In this document: piece after piece, positions 1 through 13,500 of the stretch
Layout: each line of letters opens with the position of its first letter
Position numbering within the stretch: position 1 is the stretch's first letter
DNA from: Octopus vulgaris
Taxonomy: Eukaryota
Direction of reading: 5' to 3'
Assembly: GCA_951406725.2 (NCBI GenBank)
Contig: OX597832.1
Location: forward strand, 20,212,001-20,276,000
DNA: 64,000 nt
The notes under the pieces: generated by a model
What the model was told of the DNA's origin: nothing
The model's input: the letters and a program-made list of their open reading frames with translations, nothing else
Databases searched by the model: none
Position numbers and translations under genes: made by a program

Positions 1-158
1 AAAAAAAAAACAGAGTGGTCATGCCTGGAATGCAGATTTGCATAATCGTTAACGAATAGGATATAATGCCTTGTGATGTTTCCTCCGATGCGTTACGTTC
101 TGGGTTCATATTCCACTGACGACAACTTTGTGCATCATCATTCAGGAGTTAATATAAT

Positions 159-388
159 GGCGAGCTGGCAGAATCGTTAGCACGCCGGTCGAAATGCTTG
201 GCGGTATTTCGTCTGCCATTACGTTCTGAGTTCAAATTCCGCCAAGATAATCTTTGCCTGTCGTCCTTTCGGGGTCGATTAAATAAGTACCAGTGCACAC
301 TGGGGTCGATGTACTTGACTTAATCCCTTTGTCTGTTCTTGCTTGTCTCCTCTCTGTTTAGCTCCCTGTGAGCAATAAAAGAATAAAT
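159..388 (+). mobile_element. tRNA-derived SINE, family A (Meta-domain-like), near full length
   Basis: A-box-like GGCGAGCTGGCAGAATCGTTAG, B-box GAGTTCAAATTCC, then ctttgcctgtcgtcctttcggggtcgattaaataagtaccag resembling the MetaSINE/Sauria central domain; >10 copies in window. Confidence 0.85.
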
Positions 389-426
389 ATAATATATAAT
401 ATAGTACCATGCAAGTTTTCGGGACG

Positions 427-515
427 ATGTAATCTTGATTTTGCCGAACCGCTAAGTTATGGGAACGTAAACAAACCAGAATTGGTTGACAAGCGATGTT
501 GGGGGGACAGACACA

Positions 516-549
<34 letters not shown>

Positions 550-574
550 CTCTCTCACTCACACACACAAACAC

Positions 575-607
<33 letters not shown>

Positions 608-774
608 CTTATATACGACGGGCTTCTTTGAGTTTGCGTCTACCATATCCACTCACAAGTCTGGTCGGCTAGAGGCTATAGTAGAAAACACTTGCCCAAG
701 TTGCCACGCAGTGTGATTGAACCCGGAACCATGTGGTTGGTAAGCAAGCTACTTACCACACACCCACTCCTGCA

Positions 775-778
<4 letters not shown>
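427..778 (-). mobile_element. tRNA-derived SINE, family B (CORE-like, internal microsatellite)
   Basis: Reverse complement of head GCAGGAGTGG..GTGGTAAGTAGCTTGC..GGGTTCA.., CTTGGGCAAGTG CORE-like motif, internal (TA)/(CA) tract; matches 59293-59718. Confidence 0.85.
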
Positions 779-822
<44 letters not shown>

Positions 823-1490
823 TATATATATATATATATATAGACATACACCTATATATATACATACACACACACACATATAAATATTCAAACACAAATA
901 CATATCCGTTAAGATGTAAAGAGACATGTTGTCCAAGATCTAGCACCAAGCATTTCAGATGAGACAGGCGGCTAGTGACTAGCCGCTACTCGATTAAAGG
1001 TAGTTAAAGCCGCCGACCGGCTGGCCTTGTGTCCACTGTAGCAATTTCGGTAGACAAGTACAGACTACTTAATGAATATGATTATCATTTCACACAGTTT
1101 AATTTTGACTCCCCTGGTGGTGTTGGTCGTGGTATTCTTGATGGTGGACGTAGTTGTCGCCGTCGTCGTCGTCGCCGTGCTCGATCATCTGACCCCTGCG
1201 GTGTGGGCTCCACCGGCTTCACATACCTAATCAGTCGAGCTATGCTGTCCGTCTTGCTTCTATGAATGCTGCATAGGCTGCCAAAGACGCTGGTCAAGAC
1301 AAATTTGTTAAGCTACCTTGCTTCGCTCATTTTCTCAATCTCTCATTCACGTAGTAAAGTCCCTATAATTTATAACTGTATTCTATCTCTTTATCCTTCT
1401 ATATCCGCTCCATCCCGCTTTCTCTCTTACTTTCACTATCTAATACATGCATGCCAACGTATACATGTATAAACATACATACATGCATAC

Positions 1491-1543
<53 letters not shown>

Positions 1544-1583
1544 TATATATATGGAAATACTTCTTCTTCCCTCTCAGATACAA

Positions 1584-1641
<58 letters not shown>

Positions 1642-1922
1642 ACACACACACATACACATACACACAGGTTTTCTCTCTCTCACTTCCTCCTCACCCACCT
1701 CACCCTCTTATACTGTCTTATTCCTCCCCACTACTACGAAACTCTATAAAATGTTCAAATTCCCCACAAAGGGATCAATTTGATTTGAAAACCCCACTGG
1801 AATGGGAGAAAGCGCTAATAATCCGAATGTTATGATCTGAATGATATGATATATATATGTAAAAAATGTAATATATAAATAAATATCTATAAATATGAAC
1901 CATCCGATATGATTACCTCATT

Positions 1923-1964
<42 letters not shown>

Positions 1965-2142
1965 AGCTTAGAGAAGAAGAAGAAACGAAACGAAACGAAA
2001 CCAAACGAATCGAATCGAATCGACGCGAAGGCGCTCAGTCATACAATAGTGTAATAAATAAAATATATGCATACATACAAACATATATGTACGTACGTAC
2101 ATCTACATGTATATATACATGCATATATAAATATATATACGT

Positions 2143-2283
2143 GTGTACAGGACACCACAAATATACGTAGAACTCAACGAGAAACGAAAACGTAAAAACA
2201 GCATGGAACGGACCACTTTTTTAACAACGAAAAAACAGAGTACAAGACAACTCCACAGGAAAAATCCCTTTCATCAGCTGTCC
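2143..2283. repeat. Dispersed repeat family G (starts GTGTACAGGAC), probable PLE terminal-repeat derivative
   Basis: Similar to 7430-7860, 36393-36800 and, inverted, 37240-37318; flanked by (TA)n. Confidence 0.55.
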
Positions 2284-2312
2284 CTAGTTCAACTATATAT
2301 ATATACGTATGC

Positions 2313-2415
<103 letters not shown>

Positions 2416-2933
2416 CATATACAGACACATATTCGTTAATTCTTTTATTCGTTTACTTATTTCAGGTATTTGACTGTGGCCATGCTGCAGTACCACCTTT
2501 ACTCGCAATCAGCTATGCAACACGTGGTGCTTCTTTGCTTTGGTTACGATGGATACAGAGTTCTCCGCCACGGTGATGTGTAAAATACTCGCTTCTGATT
2601 GGCTAAGATACCCAAATTTTGCAACGTTTAAAGGCTAATAACTTTTTAATTATGGACTAACAGGGGAAAATCAATTTCATTTTCATAATTGATATACAAA
2701 TCTTAATCCATATAAGAAATTTGAAAAAAAACCTTGAACAAAATTGTGAACAGTGACGAAAGCCACAAAAGATACGTGTTTTCGTCAGGATGAGTAAAAC
2801 TTATACATATAGGTTCTCAGTGCTCAAATAGGTGCGCTACTGAAATTCCAGTTAGAACAGCGGCTGAAGTTGTGGTTGTATGATTGTCTTGTTTAAACAC
2901 GGCTATAAGCGGTATCGCTTTGAGTCAGTAGTC

Positions 2934-3041
2934 AGAGGTTAAAGGAGTGAAGAAATGGGAAACGATTAAGCAATGCAGGATATTAAATGTCCTTGTCCTG
3001 CATTATTTAATTGTTTGCATTTCCTCAATACTTTAATCTCT
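2934..3041. repeat. Imperfect ~108-nt fold-back (hairpin/MITE-like)
   Basis: Left arm agaggttaaaggagtgaagaaatgggaaacgattaagcaatgcaggata vs reverse complement of right arm agagattaaagtattgaggaaatgcaaacaattaaataatgcaggaca. Confidence 0.8.
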
Positions 3042-3129
<88 letters not shown>

Positions 3130-3198
3130 ATAGATGAGTGTATTTTTACCTTGTTAACAATTAACACGGAAAAATAAATAAATAGTTACCAGGGCAGC

Positions 3199-3483
3199 AA
3201 AATTTCTATCCATTACTCAACATTTAGGGATAGAAATAAACGGAATAGTACCGGTCTCAGCAAACTGATTTGGGATTTAAAAGACCACAATGAACAATTT
3301 CATTTAGAATGGTTGATCCTCTCAATTTCGATACCATATGACAAAGGCAAGAAATTCTGTCTTCTCTGCAATTCTGAGCTATTTTTCATTATTTTTTCTA
3401 AAAATACTCTAGTAAACACGGTTATAGAACGAGCATACAGATGTAAGCATTGGCAGAAACATACTTTTAGTGCATATAAGTAG
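3199..3483 (+). pseudogene. Penelope-like element GIY-YIG endonuclease C-terminal fragment (Naiad/Neptune-like, 5'-truncated)
   Basis: Open frame KISIHYSTFRDRNKRNSTGLSKLIWDLKDHNEQFHLEWLILSISIPYDKGKKFCLLCNSELFFIIFSKNTLVNTVIERAYRCKHWQKHTFSAYK*, matching the H..SFR..ST.LS..IW.LK..W.IL..PY..CxxC..E..N...C.H pattern of PLE endonucleases; absent from the ORF track because it has no start codon. Confidence 0.85.
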
Positions 3484-3686
3484 TCTCTATCATTATATAT
3501 AGTTTAAACTTTAATTTCCTTTATATTTAACATTCACTATTAATATCCCTACTCTTTCTGTTAGCTACTTATGACGTTATATCATATAACGTTTTTTTAA
3601 ACAATATTAATAGCGTTCTGTCTATCGCTATACAAATCCATCATTTTTTGCTAAAATGTTGTATTGGCGAGTTTCGTTTTTTTCAT

Positions 3687-3768
3687 TTTCCCGAAGAGAA
3701 GATTGCATTGTTTATACCATTTATTCTTTTGAATAGTATCAGTGGAATTTTCGAAACATGTGTCGAAA
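3687..3768 (+). ncRNA. Type I hammerhead ribozyme motif in PLE 3' terminal repeat (U4C core)
   Basis: UUUC|CCGAAGA|GAAGAUU..AAUUUUC|GAAA|CAUGUG|UC|GAAA: 7-bp stem II base, palindromic stem III ACAUGU, GUC triplet, 4-bp stem I; ~200 nt after the EN stop. Confidence 0.75.
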
Positions 3769-3847
3769 TTAAAAATATTTGTTTACACCTGCGTTAACAT
3801 TTTTTATTCATATATATATATATATATATATACATATGTATACATTG

Positions 3848-3878
<31 letters not shown>

Positions 3879-3996
3879 CAAATGTATATATGTATATACA
3901 TATATGTGTGTATGTGTGTATATATATATATACATACACATATATATACATATACATATATATTTATATATGTGTATATATATATGTGTGTATATA

Positions 3997-4037
<41 letters not shown>

Positions 4038-4099
4038 AATATGAATATATACATACATGTATGCACATATACTTATACATATTCATATATATATATCCT

Positions 4100-4583
<484 letters not shown>

Positions 4584-5804
4584 ATACCTATATATATATA
4601 TAACTTTCGGCCACTATAGGCCCAAGCGATGTCTAACTTAGCAGCACCACGTGAAGTCTGTTATTCAATCATGGGTCACCATAACGCACTCTAACAAATA
4701 GTTATTATTGTTGCAGATATATATATATATATATATCACGCTCTAACATTAACGCACACACACATCATGCATATACACAAGACAGAGAAATCCTATTAAA
4801 TGCTGATCGTCCATTCCTACCACCGTTCATCAAACCAAGACTACCTCCATTCATTTGCCCAAATGTCACCCTCTGTTGTCCGCTCGTCTGCTGATTCGAA
4901 CTTACACACTTCTGGACCGCAGACACCACATCTCAAATACCCCTCATACCTACTATACCCGGATATAAACTCACCCGTTCTTCCAGTGTCCTAATTTTAC
5001 TCTACTAAGCCCTTTCCACATTCCACCTATAGTATTAATATAATACACACACCTTTTATCCTGATATTTTTCTCACTTGTCTTCTTTGCTAACCACTTCC
5101 GCCATCACTCATCTCTCACACTCTCCCTCCTACCTCCCACTCGTTGAATTTCTCTCTCCTCCTCCACTTCCTCCTCCCCTCTCAGTTTCTCTCGTTCCAT
5201 CCCCTCTTTATCTCTCTCTCCTCTTCTCAGCATCTCTCGCTCTGTCTGACACTTTCTCTGTCCCACCTTGCGAACTAGTACATTATTCTAATTTATTTTA
5301 TATTCGTTTCATCCGCTTAGTCTATTTACATTTTCTACATATTTACATATTGTGTTGGATACCTAATCGAAATAAACTGTTGTTTGTTAATCTCTAACGG
5401 TGCTGCTGCGGCCGCTGTTGCTGTTGTTATTGTTGTTGTTGCTTGACCCTAGGTCATCTCAAATTAACGAAACCTATGATCAAAGGATTTTCAATCGTGA
5501 CCATCTCACTTTTTCCCTCCCACATCCAGGGAGAAATTCCATATGATGAGGTACTACAACAAGCTCTATTTCTACTTGTTGTTTCCCTTAATTTTAGTCC
5601 CTGCTCTCGGGGACGTCTTAACAGGATTATAAGAATAGGAATACGAGTAAATCAAAGAAGGGGGACCACTAGAATTGACATATTGACAGCAACCTTAAAC
5701 AAACAAGGATTAACATTGAGTCCTGAGATACGTGGAACTTCCGGGTAATGACTCAGTATGTTCAGGCCTGCAGGCACGGTCAGCTCGGGTCCAGCACACC
5801 TAAC

Positions 5805-6042
5805 TTTTATTTGTTTCACTCATTTTACTGTGGCCATGCTAGGACACCACCCTGAAGGCTCTTAGTCGAACAAATCGACTTTAGGAATATTTTTTAGGCC
5901 TAATACTTATTATAAGGGTCTCTTTTGCCGAAGATCTAAGCTTCGGGGACGTAAGCACATCAGCATCAATTGTCAAATTATGGTGGGAGGACAAACACAG
6001 ACCAAAGCCTTGTGAATGGACTTGATAAACGTATAGCCTATC

Positions 6043-6122
<80 letters not shown>

Positions 6123-6570
6123 GTATACATATATATATATGTACATATATATATATACATACATACATATATACATACATGCATATATATATATATATAT
6201 AAAGGGAAAGTTTACGAAAATAAACAAAAGACAATGCAGGGTTGAGTACAAACAAACAAATGTATTAGTATAGCACTCAGGAATAGAAAAAGTCTTTTAG
6301 GTTTCGAGCCTACGCTCTTCGACAGAAAGATACACAGAAAAAAAACAAGGAGAGAAACAAAGAGAGAAAAAAATGCGTGTAGGAACTAACGATCTATCAT
6401 GGCGTCCACGACGGGCACCCTTCAATTTCCGCCTGCCAAATCCACTCACAAGATTTTAATAGACCCGACACCATAGTAGAAGACACTTGCCTAAGCTGCC
6501 ATACAGTAGGACTGAACCCGGAATCATGTAGGTGGTAGGCAAGCCTCTTACCATACACCTACACTAGTGC
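5805..6570 (-). mobile_element. SINE family B interrupted by microsatellites and an HHR element
   Basis: 3' half 5805-6005, 5' half 6410-6570; family H element at 6203-6405 lies in the internal SSR. Confidence 0.75.
6203..6405 (-). mobile_element. Short HHR-bearing PLE-type element, family H (HHR 6293-6330)
   Basis: Minus strand UCUUU|CUGUCGA|A|GAGC-GUAG-GCUC|GAAA|CC|UA|AAAGA; abuts (TA)n. Confidence 0.75.
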
Positions 6571-7082
6571 GGATAGAGAGTTAAAGGAATGTAATTATCG
6601 TAGTTAATCGTTGTTTGTGTACGAAGTATTTGTTTAGTAATAATGCTATATTTACTCAGGCTAGTGTTCGTAGGACACACATTCCAATCACATCATTCTC
6701 ACGTTATAGACAGTGGAACAAAAGCATCGAAATTAAGAAAGTTTATTAACGACATGATTACTAAGAACTGTATATATATAAGTAAACAAATAAATAGATA
6801 ACGAAATAAATGGAGAATTAGAAGACTCAAAAAGAAAAGAGAAAAGATAAAATACTATATCGGTATATGACTGGGTATGATACTAAGTGAAAACTTTTCA
6901 ATTAAGTAAATATGTATTACTTCAGATAATGTATGATAATGTATTATTATTTATCCACGTGAACGCGTACACATACGTACACACTCTGCCACACATGGAT
7001 ATGTGAGTGTGTGCTTATAGATAGTTAGGTAGATAGATAGGTTAGGAGGGTCATAGATAAGTACATATAATGCGTGCATATA

Positions 7083-7151
<69 letters not shown>

Positions 7152-7159
7152 ACAATATC

Positions 7160-7330
7160 ATTTTCTCTCTCCTCTGTTTATTTCTGTGTTGTTTTCTGTC
7201 GAAGAGCGTAGGCTCGAAACGTAAAGACCTTCTCACTTCCCCAGAGTTAAACTAATACATCTACTTGTTATTTACACACCCATACTTCGTGTTTTCTTTT
7301 TGTTGTTTTTGTTTGTTTTTTTATAAACTT
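7160..7330 (+). mobile_element. Family H element (HHR 7191-7228)
   Basis: GUUUU|CUGUCGA|A|GAGC-GUAG-GCUC|GAAA|CG|UA|AAGAC; stem I covaries relative to other copies. Confidence 0.75.
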
Positions 7331-7364
7331 TCGATATACAAATATATATATGTATATATATATA

Positions 7365-7424
<60 letters not shown>

Positions 7425-7429
7425 TATAT

Positions 7430-7860
7430 GTGTACAGGACGTCACAAAACGTAGACAACACGAAATACGAAGTACGAAAACATGGAATACGAAGACGAGC
7501 TTTTGTATGCGGACAACGAAAGAAATACATGGCAAACAAGACAAGTAACACAAAGAAAAACCCTTCATTATTTCTTGGTTGTTCATCTACCCCATATTTC
7601 GAGCAATCCATAAGATGTGGCTTCGAGCAAATAGTTGCTCCCTCGAACCAAATAGAATTTGGGATTTGCAGAGAGTCAAAGTTGGTAACGAAAAGAGGAC
7701 AGTGAAAACAAACAGTGAGGGCTGCTGGAGGAACATTTTTGACAGGAGAAAAGATGGGAGAGAATAGAGACAAGAATGCATCGGCTCTGTGCGGCAAACC
7801 GAAAGAAAAGAATGATGATCAAGTGAGGAAAAGAACGATGGTTGATGGTCACGCGTGGGC
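7430..7860. repeat. Repeat family G, longer copy
   Basis: Collinear with 36393-36800 (ACAGGACGTCACAAAACGTA..AAACATGGAATACGAA..CCTTCAT..ATTTCGAGCAAT..GATGGTCACG). Confidence 0.6.
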
Positions 7861-8072
7861 AACACATGAGTAAAGGAGGCAGAGTGAGAGTGAGAGAGAG
7901 GGAAAGAGAGAGAGATGCAAATAGAAAAGGTTAAAAGGGAGATAAAAAGAATTAGAGAAAGGATGAGAGAGAAAAAACGAGAGAAAAAAGAGAATAAGAG
8001 AAACGAAGAGAGAGAAAACGAAAGGAGAGAGAGAAAACAGTACAGGGCAGGGTCGCATATATTTCCAAGTAA

Positions 8073-8115
<43 letters not shown>

Positions 8116-8164
8116 GAGAGATAGAATATATAATATATTTGTGTATGTGCGTTTGTAAAAACGG

Positions 8165-8320
8165 TGGGATTCGTCCAGTTTCCGCCTACCAATTCCACAC
8201 ACAAGGTTTTAGTCGGCTCGAGGTTATAGTAGACATGCCCAACATGCCACGCAGTGGGACTGAACCTGGAATCATGTGATTATGAAGCAAGTTTCTTTCC
8301 ACATACACACGCCTGAGCCT
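8165..8320 (-). mobile_element. SINE family B, 5' half
   Basis: Matches family B head. Confidence 0.75.
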
Positions 8321-8969
8321 ATATACACATTTGCTTCCATACCTATATACCTATTCATACGGGAGAGTGAGTGTATGTGTGTGTGTGTCTGTCTGTATGT
8401 ATGTGTGTGTGCGTGTGTGTGTGTGTGTGCATCCGTCGCATGAGCGTGTATGTAGATTAAAAACAACAAAAATATAATGAGAAATAAATACGAAAATAAA
8501 AGAAAACTTAAAGCAGAAACTTTGTTATTCTTGATTATATTTCAACTGTTTCGGGTGTCTTTGTTTAACCGGGTGTCCCATTACCACGACACTAGAGTGT
8601 TTCAGCTCTAAAGGTAACACAGTAACTTTCAAGTCGAGGATTTCGATGACTCACACCTCAGAATCTGCTCTAAGACGAACACGAATGCTTTCAATTGGAA
8701 CAAGATTTCAACGCTGAAATTACTTACGAGACACCAGTTTATTTCCCCCTTTCTGTCTTTCTTTTCTCTATTTCTCTTTCTTTCGCTATAAATATATTTT
8801 TTCTCTGTCTATTTTCGTAGACATTCATTCGTGTTCGTAAAAACAGACGTGTGTGCTTCCACGTATGAACGAATGTATGTAAGTATATGTGTATATGGTT
8901 TGGAAGGTATGTACATATGCAATTTGCATGGTTTCACATTCGTAAGGGTATGTGTGCGTGTGTGTGTGA

Positions 8970-9125
8970 CAGGTGCCAGTGTGGCTAGGTGGTAAGAGGC
9001 TTGCTTCCCAATCAAATAAATCCGGGTTCAGTTCCATTGCGTGGCAACTTGGGCAAATGTCTTCTGTTATAGTTACGGCCCGACAAAATCCTTCCGTGTG
9101 GATTTGGTTCTCGGAAACTGAAAAA
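8970..9125 (+). mobile_element. SINE family B, 5' half
   Basis: gtggctaggtggtaagaggcttgcttccc..ccgggttcagttccattgcgtggcaacttgggcaaatgtc. Confidence 0.75.
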
Positions 9126-9321
9126 AATAATCCATAGTATAAATATATATACATATATATATATATATACATATGTGTGTGAGAGTGTGTGTTTGTGTGC
9201 GCGCGTGCATATATACATATATACATACACACGCATATAGATATAGATATAAATATAAACATAAATACACACACACTTATGCGTGTGTGTCGTTAAATCT
9301 GTGTTTATACACCAGTACAGA

Positions 9322-9363
<42 letters not shown>

Positions 9364-9364
9364 A

Positions 9365-9570
9365 TTCAAACATGAAAACAGAAAGGGAAAACACAACAAC
9401 GCGAGGACGTGGAACAAGTATAGTGTTATTGGACGCTCAGGAAGGAAGGGAAGAAGGAGGGTTTAACGTTTCGAGCGGAGCTCTTCGTCGGAAACATAGG
9501 AAATGGAAAGATCCAGAGAAGGGAAGACGGAGGAAAAAAATCGCCAACGGTACACACGCGGTCACGTTTT
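9365..9570 (-). mobile_element. HHR-bearing PLE-type element related to family H (HHR 9461-9495, CCGACGA core)
   Basis: Minus strand GUUU|CCGACGA|A|GAGC-UCC-GCUC|GAAA|CG|UU|AAAC; abuts (TA)n. Confidence 0.75.
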
Positions 9571-9899
9571 GAATCAGAACATAAACATGCACACACACAC
9601 ACACACACATACATAACGAAATGTTCTGATGTGTAATATACAAGCACTTTCGTACACATAAAAACAATAAGCATATAAAGATAGAGGCATGCATGTGTAT
9701 GCGAAAGCGTGCGTTTATGCGTGTGTATGTGTGTGTATGTCTGTTTGTGTATTTATATCTCTATGATTACTCATACCTATTTGCGTGAGATTGAATACTG
9801 GTTTGCACGTTTTCATCCTTACGTTCATAATAAGTGGTCCTCCGCGGACATAGCCGTGTCTACATCGGTGTTTGTGTTCATGGCAATTATATATATATA

Positions 9900-10110
9900 C
9901 ATATGATAGACCGTTAGCTCCTACACACATTTTCATCCCTCCTTGTTTCTCTCCTTTTTGCTTTTCTGTGTATCTTTCTGTCGATGAGCGTAGGCTCGAA
10001 ACGTAAAAGACTTGTTCTATTTCTATTCCTGAGCGCCATACTAATACATTTGTTTGTTTGTACTTCACCTGCCTTCGTCTTTTGTTTATTTTCGTAAACC
10101 TTCCCGTCAT
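9900..10110 (+). mobile_element. Family H element (HHR 9973-10010)
   Basis: UCUUU|CUGUCGA|U|GAGC-GUAG-GCUC|GAAA|CG|UA|AAAGA. Confidence 0.75.
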
Positions 10111-10126
10111 ATATAAATATATATAC

Positions 10127-10214
<88 letters not shown>

Positions 10215-10218
10215 ACAC

Positions 10219-10387
10219 GTAGGAGTGGCTGTGTGGTAAGTAACTTCTTGATTACCAGCCACATGGTTCCGGGTTCAGTTTCACTGCGAGGCAACTTTGG
10301 CAAGTGTCTTTTACTATAACCTAGGGTCGACTAAATCCTTGTGAGTGGATTTGGTAGACGGAAACTGAAAGAAGCCCGTCGTATACA

Positions 10388-10422
<35 letters not shown>

Positions 10423-10475
10423 ATATGTTTGTGCGTCTGTGTTTGGCCCCGCCAACATCGCCTGACAACTGATGA
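10219..10475 (+). mobile_element. SINE family B, 3'-truncated
   Basis: Head aggagtggctgtgtggtaagtaac..ccgggttcagt..; internal SSR. Confidence 0.85.
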
Positions 10476-11635
10476 CGACACACAATCAGAAATCACCCCT
10501 CATCAACAATCTGCGAAATGTCATCAAAATGTCGACACTTTCTCGTGTGTCTCTGTGTGTCTGTGTGTGAGCGCGTGTTTGTGTCCGTGTGTGTCTATGT
10601 ATGTGTGTGCTGTGTATGTGTGTGTGTGTGTGTGTGTGTTTGTGTGTGTCTGTGTTTGTGTGTGAGTGTTTGTATGTGTGTGTGGAATAAGTATTTGCAT
10701 CGTACTTTGTCAAATATACACTTTTTTATTGTAAACACTATACTTTGAAACCTTTCTCAGAAAATACATAAAAAAGAGGTAATCAAAGTCGACCTAGACG
10801 CGATTTGAACTCAGACGGTTAACCAATTTGACAAGACACCCCCCAAAAAACAAAAAACAAAAAATATATATATATTTAATCCATCAGCGTACTGATTCTA
10901 CTAATCCACAGAAACTAACAGATAAAACTGGAGGAAACAGAGTCTCGTGAAATAAATGAATTTATTCTATCTATTTTCGTATTTTTCTTTTGTGATTTTC
11001 AAATTAACAGAAAGCTATGAATCTAATTACCAAACACTGCAAACGACCGAATCACAACAACGCTACGATTAACAAAACTAAGGCGCGTCTGTGATATCAT
11101 CATCATCATCATCGTCGTCATCATCATCATCATCATCATCAATGTCAGTGTTAAATGTTACAAAAGAAACACCTTTGTATTCACACGTATATTTTTTCTC
11201 CTTATCAAATACTAGGAAAGTGTGAGAAAAAATCTAAGCAAATGTTTTTTTTTAGATACCAAAAACTTTCCTAAAACGAAGCAAGCATACATACATGCAT
11301 ACATACATACGTACATACATATATACATGCATAGAAACGTACGTACATACATACATACGTACGTGCATAAATACATACATACAAACATACATACATACAC
11401 ACATACAGACACATACCCTCAACTATACACGGCTATATTTAACCATATGTATAACACACAACACACACACACATATATATATATATGTATATATATATAT
11501 GTATAAATATACATATATATGTATATATATAGGTATATATATATACATATATATGTGTGTGTATATATATATATGTATATATATATATATGCATATATAT
11601 ATTTATATACATATATATATATATGTATATATATG

Positions 11636-11669
<34 letters not shown>

Positions 11670-12439
11670 TATATATATTGAAGTCTATGTACATACATAT
11701 GTAAGAATATGTATATGTGTACATACCCGTGTTGATGTATATCGTTGTATGTATGAGAGAGAGGTGTGTGAATTTATGTATGTGTTTGTTTGTGTTTGTG
11801 TGCATGTGTATCTGTGTGTGTGTGTGTGTGTGTGTATGTGTGTGTCTATGTGTGTGTGTGTGTGTGGTGTATAAAATACACAAACTGTCAGAAACCTACA
11901 AAAGAAACACTTCTTCGCTCTGTATAGCATTACGTTTCGTCGTAATTGTTATTGTTGTTTACAACCGAACCAGGAACGAGTTAAAAAACAAAACAACAAG
12001 TACAAAATGAAAAGAAAAAGAAGTCTTCTACTTTCCTTTGATGCTGCAACTCTGTGGGAACATAACACTAGCTGGTGTCCAGTTTTCCTACGTGAGAACC
12101 GATGGATGTTATGAGAAATCTTATGTGAAATGCTCTGCTCTCAACCGCCCAACCCCGCTAAAATAAACAGGTAAAATAAATAAATAACAAAGCAAGAGAG
12201 AAAGAGAGAAGGAAAGAAAGAATATAGCAATAATATTTGTTTTTCTTTTAAATTTTGCAGTTTTTCGCTTTAAATAACCATTATGAGTAACTACTGATTA
12301 AAACTTGTATGCATACCAAGCGTCTTTCTCGGTACCATGAAGACTATTTATACAGATATTTGCGTAATATCTGTGGGGATACATCGAAATTTAACTGAAA
12401 ATTATATATATATATACTAGTTTGAAAATTTTGACATGA

Positions 12440-12600
12440 TGCTGGCAAGTTCGGGGTGTGATATGTCGATTACATTGCACCCAGTGCACAACTGGTATTT
12501 ATTTTATCGACCGCGAATTTATGAAAGGCAAAGTAAACTCCGGTGATTTTTTAACTGAAAACGCAAAGTTGGGAGAAATAACGCTAAGCATTTTGCCTCT
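12440..12600 (-). mobile_element. SINE family A, degenerate
   Basis: cccagtgcacaactggtatttattttatcgac..atgaaaggcaaagt. Confidence 0.7.
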
Positions 12601-12810
12601 ATATTACTCACACGGCCATCAAATCACGTTGATCTATTCAAGTTGAGAGCCACACACAGCTTGCATAATCTACGAGAAATCGCTAAATTTCCTTCAGATA
12701 ACACCCCAGAAATAATAGAGTTAGCTAAACTATATTTGAATAAAATAGAAAATGTCGACTGCTCCAAAGGTTTTGGCCATGCATTCTGATCGATAAGGTC
12801 TGACATAGAG

Positions 12811-13054
12811 TTAACCATTTTGTTACCATATTTCTGTGTTTCTTTCAATTAATGAATTTCTGTGTTTCTTTCAATTAATTTTAAATATAACAAAGAATTT
12901 AGTAAAATAACTTATTTATCATTAAGCTTGTGTTAGGAACATAAATTGTGACTAAGGTTTGGTGGAATATTTCAATTAAGAACTTTTGAGAACAAGACAT
13001 TTGTACTGCAGATCCAGAGGTTGTTTTCTGCCGGGCTGGTATCGAAAGGGTGAA
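12811..13054. mobile_element. piggyBac-like MITE
   Basis: TTAA-CCATTTTGTTACC ... GGTATCGAAAGGG-TGAA imperfect TIRs with TTAA-type ends; internal 23-bp duplication tttctgtgtttctttcaattaat. Confidence 0.55.
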
Positions 13055-13363
13055 ACAGCATCAAGAATAAAAAATGATAGAATACTTTCATTTCGATAAC
13101 TGATCGAGTATACAAACATAAAACAAGCATATATATACAGGGTACAGACGGTATTCATTCACAATTGTCAATAATGTATTTTTTAGCATTTCTCTTTGTT
13201 GCAAAACATAACCATTACCGATTTATTGTTTTGCAGAATATTCGACTGTGGAAAACTTAGCGGTTTGGCAAGGAGACCGTTATATTAAGTACTAGGCTTA
13301 GAAAGAATAAGTCATGGGATCGCTATGATCGTGGTAGAATGAAAGAATAAAAGATAACGAATA

Positions 13364-13407
13364 TAGATAGATAGATAGGTAGGTAGGTAGGTAGGTAGGT
13401 AGGTAGG

Positions 13408-13483
<76 letters not shown>

Positions 13484-13500
13484 AAGATAAACAGATAGAT
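13364..13500. repeat. (TAGG)n/(TAGA)n microsatellite
   Basis: Direct inspection. Confidence 0.95.

Noticed and set aside
2265-2283. Minus-strand CUGAUGA
   Set aside because: No closing stem II-GAAA-NUH found nearby; not counted as an HHR
8540-8680. Possible decayed minus-strand HHR (..CACCCGAAACAGUUGAAA)
   Set aside because: Core and stem I cannot be assigned convincingly
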